From assembly GCA_947646915.1 (NCBI GenBank), contig CANSII010000004.1, positions 3,214 through 67,213 on the forward strand: 64,000 nt of DNA, in the 5' to 3' direction. Every line of letters starts with the position of its first letter. Position 1 is the first letter of the stretch. The notes under the pieces are model-generated. The model did no database searches, was not told the DNA's origin, and saw only the letters and a program-made list of their open reading frames with translations. Positions 12,470-22,251 of the stretch are shown here, one piece after another. The stretch is from an uncultured Clostridium sp. (GTDB lineage Bacteria > Bacillota > Clostridia > TANB77 > CAG-508). Position numbers and translations under genes: made by a program.

Positions 12470-13492
12470 TTATAATATGCACATTGCATCTCCAAAGCTG
12501 AAAAATCTATATCTTTCTTTTACAGCTTCTTGATACGCCCCCATTATATAGTCCTTACCTGCTAAAGCTGATACTAACATTAGTAAAGTTGATTGTGGTA
12601 AGTGAAAATTTGTTATTAATCCATCTATACATTTAAATTTGTAACCTGGATATATAAATATTTCTGTATCTCCTTCTGTTTCTTTTAAGATTCCTTCTTC
12701 ATCTGCCACTGATTCTAATACTCTACAAGATGTTGTTCCTACAGCTATAACTTTTTTTCCTTGTTTTTTTGTTTCATTTATTTTTTCTGCATCTTCTTTT
12801 TTTATGTAATAATGTTCTGAGTGCATTTCATGCTTTTCAACTTCATCTTCTTTTACTGGTCTAAATGTTCCTATTCCAACATGTAATGTTACATTTGCTA
12901 TTTTTATCCCTTTATCTTCTATTTTTTGTAGTAGTTCTGGTGTAAAGTGTAGTCCCGCTGTTGGTGCTGCTGCTGATCCATTATATTTTGCATATACTGT
13001 TTGATATCTGTCTCTATCTTTTAGCTCTTCATGTATATATGGTGGTAATGGCATTAGTCCAATTTTGTCTAGTATTTCATTAAATAATCCATTATATTTG
13101 AACTTTACTTTTCTTGTTCCTCCTGCCATTGTGTCTACTACTTCCGCTTTTAGTATTCCATCTCCAAATATAACTTTTGTTCCTACATGTAATTTGTTCC
13201 CTGGTCTGACTATACTTTCCCAAATGTCTCCTTCTATATTTTTTAATAATAAAAATTCTACATTTGCTCCAGTTTCTTTTTTCCCATATATTCTTGCTGG
13301 TATTACTTTTGTGTTGTTTCTTACTATACAATCTCCTTCTTCTAGATATCCAATTATATCTTTGAATATTTTATGTTCTATTGTTTGTTTTTCTCTATTT
13401 AATATCATTAATCTTGATTGATCTCTATTTTTTATTGGTACTTGTGCTATTAGTTCTTCTGGTAAATTGTAGTTAAATTCTGATACTTTCAT
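12470..13492 (-). CDS. queA: S-adenosylmethionine:tRNA ribosyltransferase-isomerase
   Basis: 340 aa. Motifs [34 protein letters not shown]. Confidence 0.97.
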   Translation of the reverse strand: MKVSEFNYNLPEELIAQVPIKNRDQSRLMILNREKQTIEHKIFKDIIGYLEEGDCIVRNNTKVIPARIYGKKETGANVEFLLLKNIEGDIWESIVRPGNKLHVGTKVIFGDGILKAEVVDTMAGGTRKVKFKYNGLFNEILDKIGLMPLPPYIHEELKDRDRYQTVYAKYNGSAAAPTAGLHFTPELLQKIEDKGIKIANVTLHVGIGTFRPVKEDEVEKHEMHSEHYYIKKEDAEKINETKKQGKKVIAVGTTSCRVLESVADEEGILKETEGDTEIFIYPGYKFKCIDGLITNFHLPQSTLLMLVSALAGKDYIMGAYQEAVKERYRFFSFGDAMCIL

Positions 13493-13566
13493 TGTTGCTC
13501 CTCTCTTTGCTTGATTTTTCGTTATTCAAATATTTCTTATTTTCATATTATTTCTCCATTGTTTCT

Positions 13567-14796
13567 TTATTTTTTTCTTCTTATTATCCAGTTTTCTTCA
13601 CATTTTATTGGTAATTTAATTAAAACTTTTTGCCCTTTAACACCTGGGCTAACTGCTTCTATTTCTTCTAGTGTTTCATAGTCCCATAATTTTTCAATTT
13701 CAAATTCCTTAGGTTCTAATACATTAGGAATTATTATTTCCATAATATCTCCAACTTTTAATTTATTTTTTATTTCTATTGTTGATTTTTCTTCACTATA
13801 TTCTATAACTTTTCCACCAAATTCATATGTATCATTATATTGTCTTCCACTTAAATCTTGTATGTCTTTATTATTTCTATCATTAAAATAGAATGTGGTG
13901 AATTCTCTTGTTTTAGATTTTTCAATCTCTTTTAAATATTTAGTAAAATCATAATTTTTTGGATTGTTCATATAATCATCAATGGCATTTCTGTATACAT
14001 TTATTACACTTGCTATATAATACTCTGTTTTTAATCTTCCTTCTATTTTTAAGCTATCAATACCCATATCAATTATTTTTGGTATTTCTTTAATTAAGCA
14101 TAAATCTTTTGATGAAAATATGCTTGTACCATATTCACTTTCTTCAATTGGCATTAAATTTCCTGGATTATTTTTCTCTTCTGCATATAAATTGTATGAC
14201 CATCTACAGCTTTGTGCACAGTCTCCTAAATTTGCACTTCTTCCACATAAAAAGTCACTTAGAAAACATCTTCCTGAAAATGCAAAACATATTGATCCAT
14301 GTCCAAACATTTCTACTTCTAGTTCTTTCGGTTTGTTTTCCATTATGTATTTTAATTGTTCTTTGTTTATCTCTCTTGCCATTATTACTCTTTTAGCTCC
14401 ATTTTTATACCAAAATTCACAATCTCTTAAACTTACTATATTTGCTTGTGTGCTTATATGTATTGGTACATTTGGTGCATATTGTTTTAGTGTCTCTATT
14501 ACTCCTCCATCTGCTGCTATTATCGCATCTGGTTTTACTTCATTTAGTATTTTTGACATTTCAATTATTTCTTCATACTTTTCGTCCCATGCAAATATGT
14601 TTAGTGTTACATGTACCTTTTTTCCAATACTGTGTGCATATTTTATTGTTTTTATTAGATCATCATTGTTCATATCAGCTCTTGTTCTTAATGATAATGA
14701 TGATGTTCCACAATATACTGCATCTGCTCCATATAAAAATGCTGTTTTTGCTTTTTCAAATGATCCTGCTGGTGCTAATAACTCTATTTTTTTCAT
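13567..14796 (-). CDS. U32-family peptidase / tRNA-hydroxylation-type protein (YrrN/YrrO-like)
   Basis: 409 aa. ELLAPAGS...AVYCG...SLRTRA N-terminus and the Cys-rich central region are typical of peptidase U32. Located downstream of a trmR-like gene, as in B. subtilis yrrMNO. Confidence 0.85.
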   Translation of the reverse strand: MKKIELLAPAGSFEKAKTAFLYGADAVYCGTSSLSLRTRADMNNDDLIKTIKYAHSIGKKVHVTLNIFAWDEKYEEIIEMSKILNEVKPDAIIAADGGVIETLKQYAPNVPIHISTQANIVSLRDCEFWYKNGAKRVIMAREINKEQLKYIMENKPKELEVEMFGHGSICFAFSGRCFLSDFLCGRSANLGDCAQSCRWSYNLYAEEKNNPGNLMPIEESEYGTSIFSSKDLCLIKEIPKIIDMGIDSLKIEGRLKTEYYIASVINVYRNAIDDYMNNPKNYDFTKYLKEIEKSKTREFTTFYFNDRNNKDIQDLSGRQYNDTYEFGGKVIEYSEEKSTIEIKNKLKVGDIMEIIIPNVLEPKEFEIEKLWDYETLEEIEAVSPGVKGQKVLIKLPIKCEENWIIRRKK

Positions 14797-14879
14797 TTTT
14801 TATTATTCCTTTCACTTTGTTCAATATCATTGACATTATTATACTATTTTTTATGGATATTGTAAACAATCTATTTTTT

Positions 14880-14935
14880 TAACTTTCGTTTTTTTATTTT
14901 ATAAATTTAATTATAGAAAAAAAGATATATATTTG
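14880..14935 (+). repeat. Intergenic repeat fragment (O-type left arm only)
   Basis: TAACTTTCGTTTTTTTATTTTATAAATTTAATTATAGAAAAAAAGATATATAT matches the left arm of the copies at 28117, 54352 and 62431. No core follows. Confidence 0.55.
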
Positions 14936-14994
14936 CTTTTTTTGTTAAATTAATGTATAATATATATGTTATGTAAAGGAGGGAAAATTTACAA

Positions 14995-16737
14995 ATGAAC
15001 ACTATCGATTATTTTAAACAAAAGCTAAAATTTGAAAATCCAAATCCAGAACAAGTAGACATGTATAAGAAAATAGGTTCTTTAATGAAAAAATATCAAG
15101 AAAATAATTCATTTGAAAATAGAGAATTTTTATGTTATTTAAGTGCTACTATATTTTTGCTATATAAAAATAAATTTCCTCAGCTTAGTATACATATATC
15201 TTTTAGAACTAAAGGAGATCAAAGTTTTATAGTAAATATAAACAATGAATTTAACGAATTTATGACTGATTTAAATATTACTTCTGAATGGAATACTTTT
15301 GAAACTTTAAAAGATTTATCAGGTATGCGAATTGTTTTAAATGATATTAATAATTCTATTCCACCAACTCCTGAATTTGAAGAATTAATGAATGATATAG
15401 ATGTAAAAAAAGCCGTCAATAATTCAAATCATAATTCCAAGATTATAAAAGAAGTTAATAATTTTATAAATTCTTCTATTAAAACAAAAAAAGATTTTAT
15501 GCAACTAAAATATAAACTTTTAAAAACATTAGATAATATTACTCCAAATGAGTTTACAAAAGAGCGAAAACTTGAACCTTCTTTTAAAGAACTTTTTAAT
15601 CAATATAAAATAGAATATAAATATTATATAGAACACCAAGAAAGTTTTAATATTAATGCTTCAACTTCTGAAATAAATGAACTTAAAAATTTTCTACAAA
15701 ATTTATACTTAAGGCAAAATGATGAACTACAAACTATAATAATAAATAAAACACTTCCTATGATTCTTAATGATTCTATTATTACTAATGCTTTACAAAC
15801 ATCTTATAAGTTTGATAAACATCCATATAAACCAAATGGTTTTACTGCACGTTATGATAATTTAAAAACTCCTTTTGGTAATATTGAACTACAATCACAA
15901 TCAAGCAAAGCATATTATGCTCAAACAAAAGGTAGCGCATATCATAGTGGAGTATTAGGAAAAAATATTGATATTGAAGAATATTTTGAATTAGTTGACC
16001 CAAACGATAAACATTCTTTATCATATTACTTAGAATCTCTTGATTCTATTTCAGCAGATTCATTAATATCACCTTATGAATTACCTAAATTTAAAACAAA
16101 ACAAGAAAAATTAGTTTTTTTTAAAACTCCTAAAGGAATTGCTTATAAAAATTCTGAAAAATATCGTAATCTTCTTAAACATATAAAGATTAAAGATACA
16201 ATGGAAGTATTACCAGCAGTTTTACCAAAAAAAGTATATTATAAAGAAGGTAATGTTATAACAAATAGAATAAATCAAAAAAAATTACAAGAATGTATAA
16301 AAACTGGTGAAATAAAATTAAAAACTGTTAATACTAATGATTACTTATTATCTACTGCACTTTCATTATCTCCATATATGAATATATGTAGTGCAGGTCA
16401 TACTTCATATACAACTGCTAGTATACATCACAAAAAAATAATTGGAGAATTCGCAGAAGTTTTAAGAAAAAAAGATTGTAACACCTGTCTAAGAGATTTA
16501 TTAATTAGAAGAGTCGAAGACTTAATTGAAACTTATAGACCATTTTTTAATAATATAGATAGTTTAGAAGTTTCTAATTCAATCAAAACTTCCTTAAAAA
16601 TAGTAAAAAAACATGATGATATAGCTAATAGTTTGCCAAAAGACTTATCTTTTAAAAATATAGCATCTTATGCAGAAAAACTTAGAAATTTTACTAATAA
16701 TAGAAAACAGAAAGAAGAAGATTTTTTAGAATATTAA
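14995..16737 (+). CDS. divergent RelA/SpoT-like nucleotidyltransferase-fold protein with large insertion and C-terminal extension
   Basis: 580 aa, RBS AAGGAGGG. FRTKGDQSFIVNI and LKDLSGMRIVLNDI resemble the R.K..S and D..G.R.I synthetase motifs. KPNGFTARYDNL...GNIELQSQSSKAYYAQTKGSAYH resembles NGY.S.H...EIQIRT...WA..H. The two halves are separated by ~170 aa. Motif-level call only. Confidence 0.45.
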   Translation: MNTIDYFKQKLKFENPNPEQVDMYKKIGSLMKKYQENNSFENREFLCYLSATIFLLYKNKFPQLSIHISFRTKGDQSFIVNINNEFNEFMTDLNITSEWNTFETLKDLSGMRIVLNDINNSIPPTPEFEELMNDIDVKKAVNNSNHNSKIIKEVNNFINSSIKTKKDFMQLKYKLLKTLDNITPNEFTKERKLEPSFKELFNQYKIEYKYYIEHQESFNINASTSEINELKNFLQNLYLRQNDELQTIIINKTLPMILNDSIITNALQTSYKFDKHPYKPNGFTARYDNLKTPFGNIELQSQSSKAYYAQTKGSAYHSGVLGKNIDIEEYFELVDPNDKHSLSYYLESLDSISADSLISPYELPKFKTKQEKLVFFKTPKGIAYKNSEKYRNLLKHIKIKDTMEVLPAVLPKKVYYKEGNVITNRINQKKLQECIKTGEIKLKTVNTNDYLLSTALSLSPYMNICSAGHTSYTTASIHHKKIIGEFAEVLRKKDCNTCLRDLLIRRVEDLIETYRPFFNNIDSLEVSNSIKTSLKIVKKHDDIANSLPKDLSFKNIASYAEKLRNFTNNRKQKEEDFLEY

Positions 16738-16770
16738 ACGTGCCAAAGGGGTCGTCCCTTTTTGGCACGT
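16738..16770. terminator. bidirectional hairpin terminator between convergent genes
   Basis: ACGTGCCAAAGGGG-TCG-TCCCTTTTTGGCACGT followed by TTTT. It sits between the stop of 14995..16737 (+) and the stop of 16773..17363 (-). Confidence 0.7.
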
Positions 16771-16772
16771 TT

Positions 16773-17363
16773 TTACGACTTTATTCTACTAATCGCTAAT
16801 CCATCTCCAACCTCTAGTATTTCAGTCTCTAAATCAGTGTTTTCAGAAACTTCTTTAATATACTGTCTTAAATTTCTAACAGCAGTCCTTTGTTTATGTT
16901 TATTATAGTCGCTCATAACATAACCCTTATATAAAATATTATCTGCAAAAATTATGCCTTTTTTATTAATTAATCTTAAAGCTTGTTGTAAAAAAAATGG
17001 ATATTTTCCTTTTGCAGCATCAATAAATATCATATCATATTTTTTGTTTAATGTTGGTAAAATTTCAACTGCATCTCCTTCATATATATTTATTTTTTCT
17101 TCTACTTCAACTTTTTTTATATTAATTCTTGCTTCTTTTACTCTTTCAGCTTCTCTTTCAATTGTGTCTATAACTCCATGTTCAGCAAGAAATTCTGAAA
17201 AGCATATGGCAGAATATCCTACTGCTGTTCCTATTTCTAATATTCTTTTTGGTGGGTTGTTTTTTATTTTCTCTTCTATTACTTCTAATGTGTCATCCAT
17301 TATTATTGGAATATGTTCGCTAATTGCTTTTTGCTTTATTTTCTCTAATTTATCTTTATCCAT
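16773..17363 (-). CDS. trmR: class I SAM-dependent O-methyltransferase (YrrM/TrmR-like)
   Basis: 196 aa. ILEIGTAVGYS SAM-binding motif and IFIDAAKGKY (O-methyltransferase family 3 pattern). Synteny with the U32 gene. Confidence 0.75.
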   Translation of the reverse strand: MDKDKLEKIKQKAISEHIPIIMDDTLEVIEEKIKNNPPKRILEIGTAVGYSAICFSEFLAEHGVIDTIEREAERVKEARINIKKVEVEEKINIYEGDAVEILPTLNKKYDMIFIDAAKGKYPFFLQQALRLINKKGIIFADNILYKGYVMSDYNKHKQRTAVRNLRQYIKEVSENTDLETEILEVGDGLAISRIKS

Positions 17364-17375
17364 AATTAATCACAT

Positions 17376-17771
17376 TTATCTTTCTTCTTCATCAATATTA
17401 TTGTTTGATGGTTCGTTATTTTGTTGATCTTTAATTTCCATCATGTGTTTTTTCTGTTTTTTTGTGTTAATTACTTGTTGGACATATCTACTATTAATCA
17501 AATTTTGAAGATAATTTCTTTTATTATCTAAATAGCTAAGTTTATTTATTATTGGGTCACTCATAACTCTATTAATAGCTTGTTCTTCTGTATTACCATC
17601 AAATACTATATAATGTGTTAACATATCGATTACTGTATTTCTATTTAATGTATCAATTTTTTTAGTTTTTGGTATTACTTTCTTTTCAAAACGTTCATCC
17701 ATAATAGCACCATTAATATTATAAAATGGCATCCCATTTTGGACTCTTGTTACTCTAGGCTTTTGACGCAT
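17376..17771 (-). CDS. hypothetical protein
   Basis: 131-aa ORF co-directional with trmR and typA. No recognisable motif. Confidence 0.45.
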   Translation of the reverse strand: MRQKPRVTRVQNGMPFYNINGAIMDERFEKKVIPKTKKIDTLNRNTVIDMLTHYIVFDGNTEEQAINRVMSDPIINKLSYLDNKRNYLQNLINSRYVQQVINTKKQKKHMMEIKDQQNNEPSNNNIDEEER

Positions 17772-17841
17772 TTAATCTTACTCCTTCTATATATTTTATA
17801 TAACTGTCCATTTAGGGACAGTCCCCAAATGGACATAGATT

Positions 17842-19656
17842 TTATTTATTTCTGTTTGCTCTTTCTCTTTCTTTTGAGTCTAATATTTTCTTTCTTAATC
17901 TTATAGATTTTGGTGTTATTTCAACTAATTCGTCATCTTGTATAAATTCTATAGCTTTTTCTAATGACATTTGAATTGGTGGTACTAATCTTAATGCATC
18001 ATCAGATCCTGATGCTCTAGTGTTTGTTAAGTGTTTTTCTTTACATACATTTATTGCTAAATCTTCACCTCTTGAATTTAGTCCTACTATCATTCCTTCA
18101 TATACATCTACTCCTGGTCCTATAAATAATTCTCCTTTATCTTGTGCATTGTATAGTCCATATGTTATTGATTTTCCTGCTTCAAATGCTACGATTGTTC
18201 CTCTGACACGTGCTTGTATTTCTCCTTTGAATGGTTCATAGCTGTCAAATATGTGGTTCATTATTCCTTCTCCTTTTGTATCTGTAAGGAATTCTGTTCT
18301 ATATCCTATTAATCCTCTTGCTGGTATTTTAAATTCTATTTTTGTATGTCCTGCCTCTGCTGGTTCCATGTTTATCATTTCTGCTTTTCTTCTTCCCAGT
18401 TTTTCTATAACATTTCCTACACAGTCATCTGGTACATTTACTACTAACAATTCAATTGGTTCACTTTTTACTCCATCTATTTCTTTAATTATAACTTTTG
18501 GTCTTGATACTAAAAGTTCAAATCCTTCTCTTCTCATTGTTTCAATTAATACTGATAGATGTAGTTCTCCTCTTCCTGATACTTCAAATGAGTCAGGTGT
18601 TTCTGTTTCTTTTACTCTTAGTGATACATTTCTTTCTAATTCTTTAAATAGTCTATCTCTAATATGTCTTGATGTTATAAATTGCCCTTCTTTTCCTGCA
18701 AATGGTCCATTGTTTACACTAAATGTCATTGATACTGTTGGTTCGTCAATATCTACAAATGGTATTTTTTCTGGATTGTTGAAGTCACATATTGTGTCTC
18801 CTATATTTATTTCTGCTAGTCCTGCAAGTTCAATTATATCTCCTGCTTTTCCTTCTTCTACTTCTACCTTATTTAATCCAACATGTGTGTATACTTTTGC
18901 TATTCTTCCTTGTGTTATTTTATCTTCTTTTCCACATATCGCAACTGGCATTCCTGTTTTTATTATTCCTCTTTCAACTCTTCCTACTGCTATTCTTCCT
19001 ACATAATCATCATAATCTATATTAGACACTAACATTTGTGCTGTTCCTTCTTCATCACAGTTTGGTGCTTTTATTGTTTTTATTATTGTTTCAAATAAAC
19101 ATGATAAGTCTGTTGTTTCTTCTGCTAAGTCCATTTTTGCTATTCCATTTTTTGCTGATGCATATACTACTGGGAAGTCTAATTGCTCATCTGTTGCATC
19201 TAATTCTATAAATAATTCTATTACTTGATCTACTACTTTTTCAGGTGTTGCTCCTGGTCTGTCTATTTTATTTATTACAACAATTGGTTTTAGTCCTAAA
19301 GCTAATGATTTTTTTAATACTTCTCTTGTTTGTGGCATTGCTCCTTCAAAGGCATCAACTAATAATAGTACTCCATCAACTGTTTTTAATACTCTTTCAA
19401 CTTCTCCTCCAAAATCAGCATGTCCTGGTGTGTCAACTATGTTTATTTTTACGTCTCCATGCATTACTGATGTGTTTTTTGATAGTATTGTTATTCCTCT
19501 TTCTTTTTCTTGGTCATTTGAGTCCATTACTCTTTCTTGTACTTGCTCATTTTCTCTGAATATATGACTTTGTCTTAATAGTGCGTCTACTAGTGTCGTT
19601 TTTCCATGGTCTACGTGTGCTATTATTGCTATGTTTCTTAATTTTTCATTATTCAT
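17842..19656 (-). CDS. typA: translational GTPase TypA/BipA
   Basis: 604 aa. G1 motif AIIAHVDHGKTTLVD, then DTPGHADFGGEVER and NKIDR. Confidence 0.97.
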   Translation of the reverse strand: MNNEKLRNIAIIAHVDHGKTTLVDALLRQSHIFRENEQVQERVMDSNDQEKERGITILSKNTSVMHGDVKINIVDTPGHADFGGEVERVLKTVDGVLLLVDAFEGAMPQTREVLKKSLALGLKPIVVINKIDRPGATPEKVVDQVIELFIELDATDEQLDFPVVYASAKNGIAKMDLAEETTDLSCLFETIIKTIKAPNCDEEGTAQMLVSNIDYDDYVGRIAVGRVERGIIKTGMPVAICGKEDKITQGRIAKVYTHVGLNKVEVEEGKAGDIIELAGLAEINIGDTICDFNNPEKIPFVDIDEPTVSMTFSVNNGPFAGKEGQFITSRHIRDRLFKELERNVSLRVKETETPDSFEVSGRGELHLSVLIETMRREGFELLVSRPKVIIKEIDGVKSEPIELLVVNVPDDCVGNVIEKLGRRKAEMINMEPAEAGHTKIEFKIPARGLIGYRTEFLTDTKGEGIMNHIFDSYEPFKGEIQARVRGTIVAFEAGKSITYGLYNAQDKGELFIGPGVDVYEGMIVGLNSRGEDLAINVCKEKHLTNTRASGSDDALRLVPPIQMSLEKAIEFIQDDELVEITPKSIRLRKKILDSKERERANRNK

Positions 19657-19945
19657 TTTTATTTCCCCTTTATATTTATTTATATATTTATAATTAATTT
19701 TTATTTATCCTTTTAATTTTAAAATTATACTACTAAATTAATTTATTGTCAATTGAATTTTATGTAAATTTATAAAATTTTATGATTAATTTATGATAAT
19801 GTCTTAAGAAGTAACTTAAAAAAATGCCACAAAGTAGAAATAATAAGTCACAGAAGTGTATTGTTATAAAAAATGAAAAGAAATCAGAAATAAAAATAAA
19901 ACAAAAAAAATCTTGGATTTTCTAAAACTTTATGGATTTCTAAAA

Positions 19946-19971
19946 AGAGACGCTACATTGTAGCGTCTCTT
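19946..19971 (-). terminator. Rho-independent terminator downstream of 20010..20531
   Basis: AGAGACGCTACA-TTG-TAGCGTCTCT. On the minus strand it is followed by TTTTT. Confidence 0.6.
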
Positions 19972-20009
19972 TTATAAGTCTTAGACCAAATATACAGAAA
20001 ATTAGAACT

Positions 20010-20531
20010 TTAAAACGTTACATCCCATTTTATTTTTTTAATATTTTGGTTGCTATTTTTTATTATGTTATATACATTTTTATTTAATTCTTCGAACTTA
20101 GGATGACAGCTTAGGTCAATGTATTTCCCATCAAGCCTGTATTCATTGCAATCTCTATTGAGAAAAAACGGATAATTCTTCCAAATATCCTGCTTCTTTG
20201 GATCTGTCAAATCCATTTCCACTTTTGCTTGTTTTGCTATACCATGCAAGGTTTCAGAATAGCCCTCTGCAAACCCCAATACAAACATGTGCATTCCATT
20301 CGGAAAGAAACGTTCAAAATACTCCTCATTAAAAACTAAGCCATATCCAACGCCACAAACAATTTCCGACAGCCGCAGGTACTTATCTTCATATCTTGTA
20401 TTTACTGTCAACTCATCAGGTTTTCCATTTTCTCTAATGTCTAAAACATTTTTATCAACTACCATTTTGATTAAGAAATTTAAAGGAATTCCTTCAATCT
20501 GCTGTTCACTTATTTCGTCAGGTAATATCAA
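20010..20531 (-). CDS. hypothetical protein
   Basis: 173-aa ORF with its own terminator. No motif recognised. Confidence 0.5.
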   Translation of the reverse strand: MILPDEISEQQIEGIPLNFLIKMVVDKNVLDIRENGKPDELTVNTRYEDKYLRLSEIVCGVGYGLVFNEEYFERFFPNGMHMFVLGFAEGYSETLHGIAKQAKVEMDLTDPKKQDIWKNYPFFLNRDCNEYRLDGKYIDLSCHPKFEELNKNVYNIIKNSNQNIKKIKWDVTF

Positions 20532-20554
20532 AAAACAAAACTAAAATTCTCTTT

Positions 20555-21151
20555 CTACTTTGTAAGTTCAATAATACTTCCCATAATTTCCTTTGTAACC
20601 TTATCAATAATTTCCTTATCTTTGCTACCCTTATACTGACTAAAATCTAAAGGTTTACCATATTTAACAGTCAATCTTTTATGTTCTTTTCTTCCACCTG
20701 AAATACCACAAGGAACAACATTAGCACCGCTTCTTAATGCAAAAAAAGCAGCACCATCTTTAACTTCTTCACCTTTCGCTAAACCATTTCTTGTTCCCTC
20801 TGGAAATAAAGCTAAGCAATCACCATTTTTTAAAGTTTGTAAAGATTCTTTTAAAGCTTTAACTTCTTTTGAATCTCTTTTTACAAGTATAGCATCAAAT
20901 ATAAAACCTAGAAAAGCTAAGAATTTACTTTTTGTCAACTCCTCTTTAGCTAAAAATCTTGCATATCTTCCACAAGTAACTTCTATTAAAGGAGGATCTA
21001 AAAAACTTCTATGATTACCACATATAATAACAGCCCCTTCTTTAGGAATATTTTCTTTTCCAATAACTTTAAATCTATAAACCACTTTACAATAAATATA
21101 TATTGCTCCTTTAACAATACCTCTAGCAATTGCCTTCAACACATTCTTCAT
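20555..21151 (-). CDS. plsC: 1-acyl-sn-glycerol-3-phosphate acyltransferase
   Basis: 198 aa. HX4D motif NHRSFLDP and FPEGTR motif. Confidence 0.85.
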   Translation of the reverse strand: MKNVLKAIARGIVKGAIYIYCKVVYRFKVIGKENIPKEGAVIICGNHRSFLDPPLIEVTCGRYARFLAKEELTKSKFLAFLGFIFDAILVKRDSKEVKALKESLQTLKNGDCLALFPEGTRNGLAKGEEVKDGAAFFALRSGANVVPCGISGGRKEHKRLTVKYGKPLDFSQYKGSKDKEIIDKVTKEIMGSIIELTK

Positions 21152-21205
21152 TACAAATCAAACTCCTTCTTCAAAAAACTTAAATTTGAACCAATTTCCA
21201 ACAAT

Positions 21206-22063
21206 CTATTCAGGCACATAAACATTTCTTACAACAACATCAAATTCTTCAATATTCATAGCTGTCAACTTTTCAATTTCTTTCCTAGACTTATCTTTAA
21301 ATAACTTAATGCCTTCAATCAAATTAAAACCATAAACTACTGTAACTTCCATATATAGCTTTACACCTTCACCAAAACTATCGACTCTAATTTTTTGAAC
21401 TTTATAAATCCCCTCTGTTTTGTCAGCCAAAAACTCTAAAATTTGCCTAAAAACAGTATCAGAAATTGTAAACTTTCCTAAATAACTAAAAGTAGGTCTA
21501 ATAATTGATTTTTCTGAAATATATGGTTGATTGCCTTTACCCTTTGACTTAAATATTTGTAAAGGATCTAGCAAATAGCCTGAAAAATCTTTTTTAATCT
21601 CAAAAGTAGGAACAGGAATAACATGTTTTCCCTCTGTAACTCTTATCCTTCTTGCAGTTTCCATTTCCTCTTGAGTTGCAACATCTGAAATATATGTAGT
21701 TTCAGATATTTCAGGCAATCCTAAATTATTTGCAATTTTTTTAACCATACCATCTGAAGTTCCTAAAATTAATATACTATTTGGTTTATATTTTTTTAAA
21801 GCTTCTACAATTTCCTTTTTTTCATCATCTTCATAAAATAGAGCATGTTTAACTGTTTCAATTTTTGTAGGGGCTTTTTTTGCAGATTCTCCTGCAATTA
21901 CTTCATTCTCTTTTATTAATAGCCCATCATCTATAATAAAACTTATATTTTTTTCACTAGCAACCATTTGAGCTCTATAACTCTTTCCAGTCCCTGATGG
22001 ACCTACAAAAGCATATACTTTTATCTTTTTATTATCTTTTGTCAAAAGATCTCTTAATAACAT
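21206..22063 (-). CDS. P-loop NTPase with C-terminal Asp23-like domain
   Basis: 285 aa. Walker A GPSGTGKS. The C-terminal 100 aa (ISDTVFRQILEFLADKTEGIYKV...VKLYMEVTVVYG) resemble the Asp23/alkaline shock family. Confidence 0.6.
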   Translation of the reverse strand: MLLRDLLTKDNKKIKVYAFVGPSGTGKSYRAQMVASEKNISFIIDDGLLIKENEVIAGESAKKAPTKIETVKHALFYEDDEKKEIVEALKKYKPNSILILGTSDGMVKKIANNLGLPEISETTYISDVATQEEMETARRIRVTEGKHVIPVPTFEIKKDFSGYLLDPLQIFKSKGKGNQPYISEKSIIRPTFSYLGKFTISDTVFRQILEFLADKTEGIYKVQKIRVDSFGEGVKLYMEVTVVYGFNLIEGIKLFKDKSRKEIEKLTAMNIEEFDVVVRNVYVPE

Positions 22064-22115
22064 TTTTATGTCCTCCTACTACTTTTCTTTTTAATATAAA
22101 TATATAACTACTAAT

Positions 22116-22190
22116 TTAAGTTTTGTTTTTTATAACTATAAATTTAATTATAGAAAAAAGATATATTTTTGCAAAAAACCGAAACTCAAA
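22116..22190 (+). repeat. Intergenic repeat derivative: O-type arms without core
   Basis: TTAAGTTTTGTTTTTT...ATTATAGAAAAAAGATATAT joined directly to TTTTGCAAAAAACCGAAACTCAAA. Confidence 0.55.
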
Positions 22191-22251
22191 TGATTTAACA
22201 ATCTAAAAAAATATATATATTTTTATGGTAAATAGAAAAGTTAAACAATAT

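Noticed and set aside
14120-14833. Long antisense ORFs opposite U32, typA (18251..19006), the type IIB enzyme (46339..46893), tpiA (2065..2718), yqfD, the spermidine-synthase-like gene and others.
   Set aside because: All are hydrophobic or low-complexity mirror frames of well-supported genes. None has an RBS or a recognisable motif.
20010-20531. Locally higher GC (about 33-43 percent in sampled 60-mers), considered as a sign of horizontal acquisition of the 173-aa orphan gene.
   Set aside because: Hand-sampled coding regions elsewhere reach ~33 percent. The difference is too small to call without a proper sliding-window computation.
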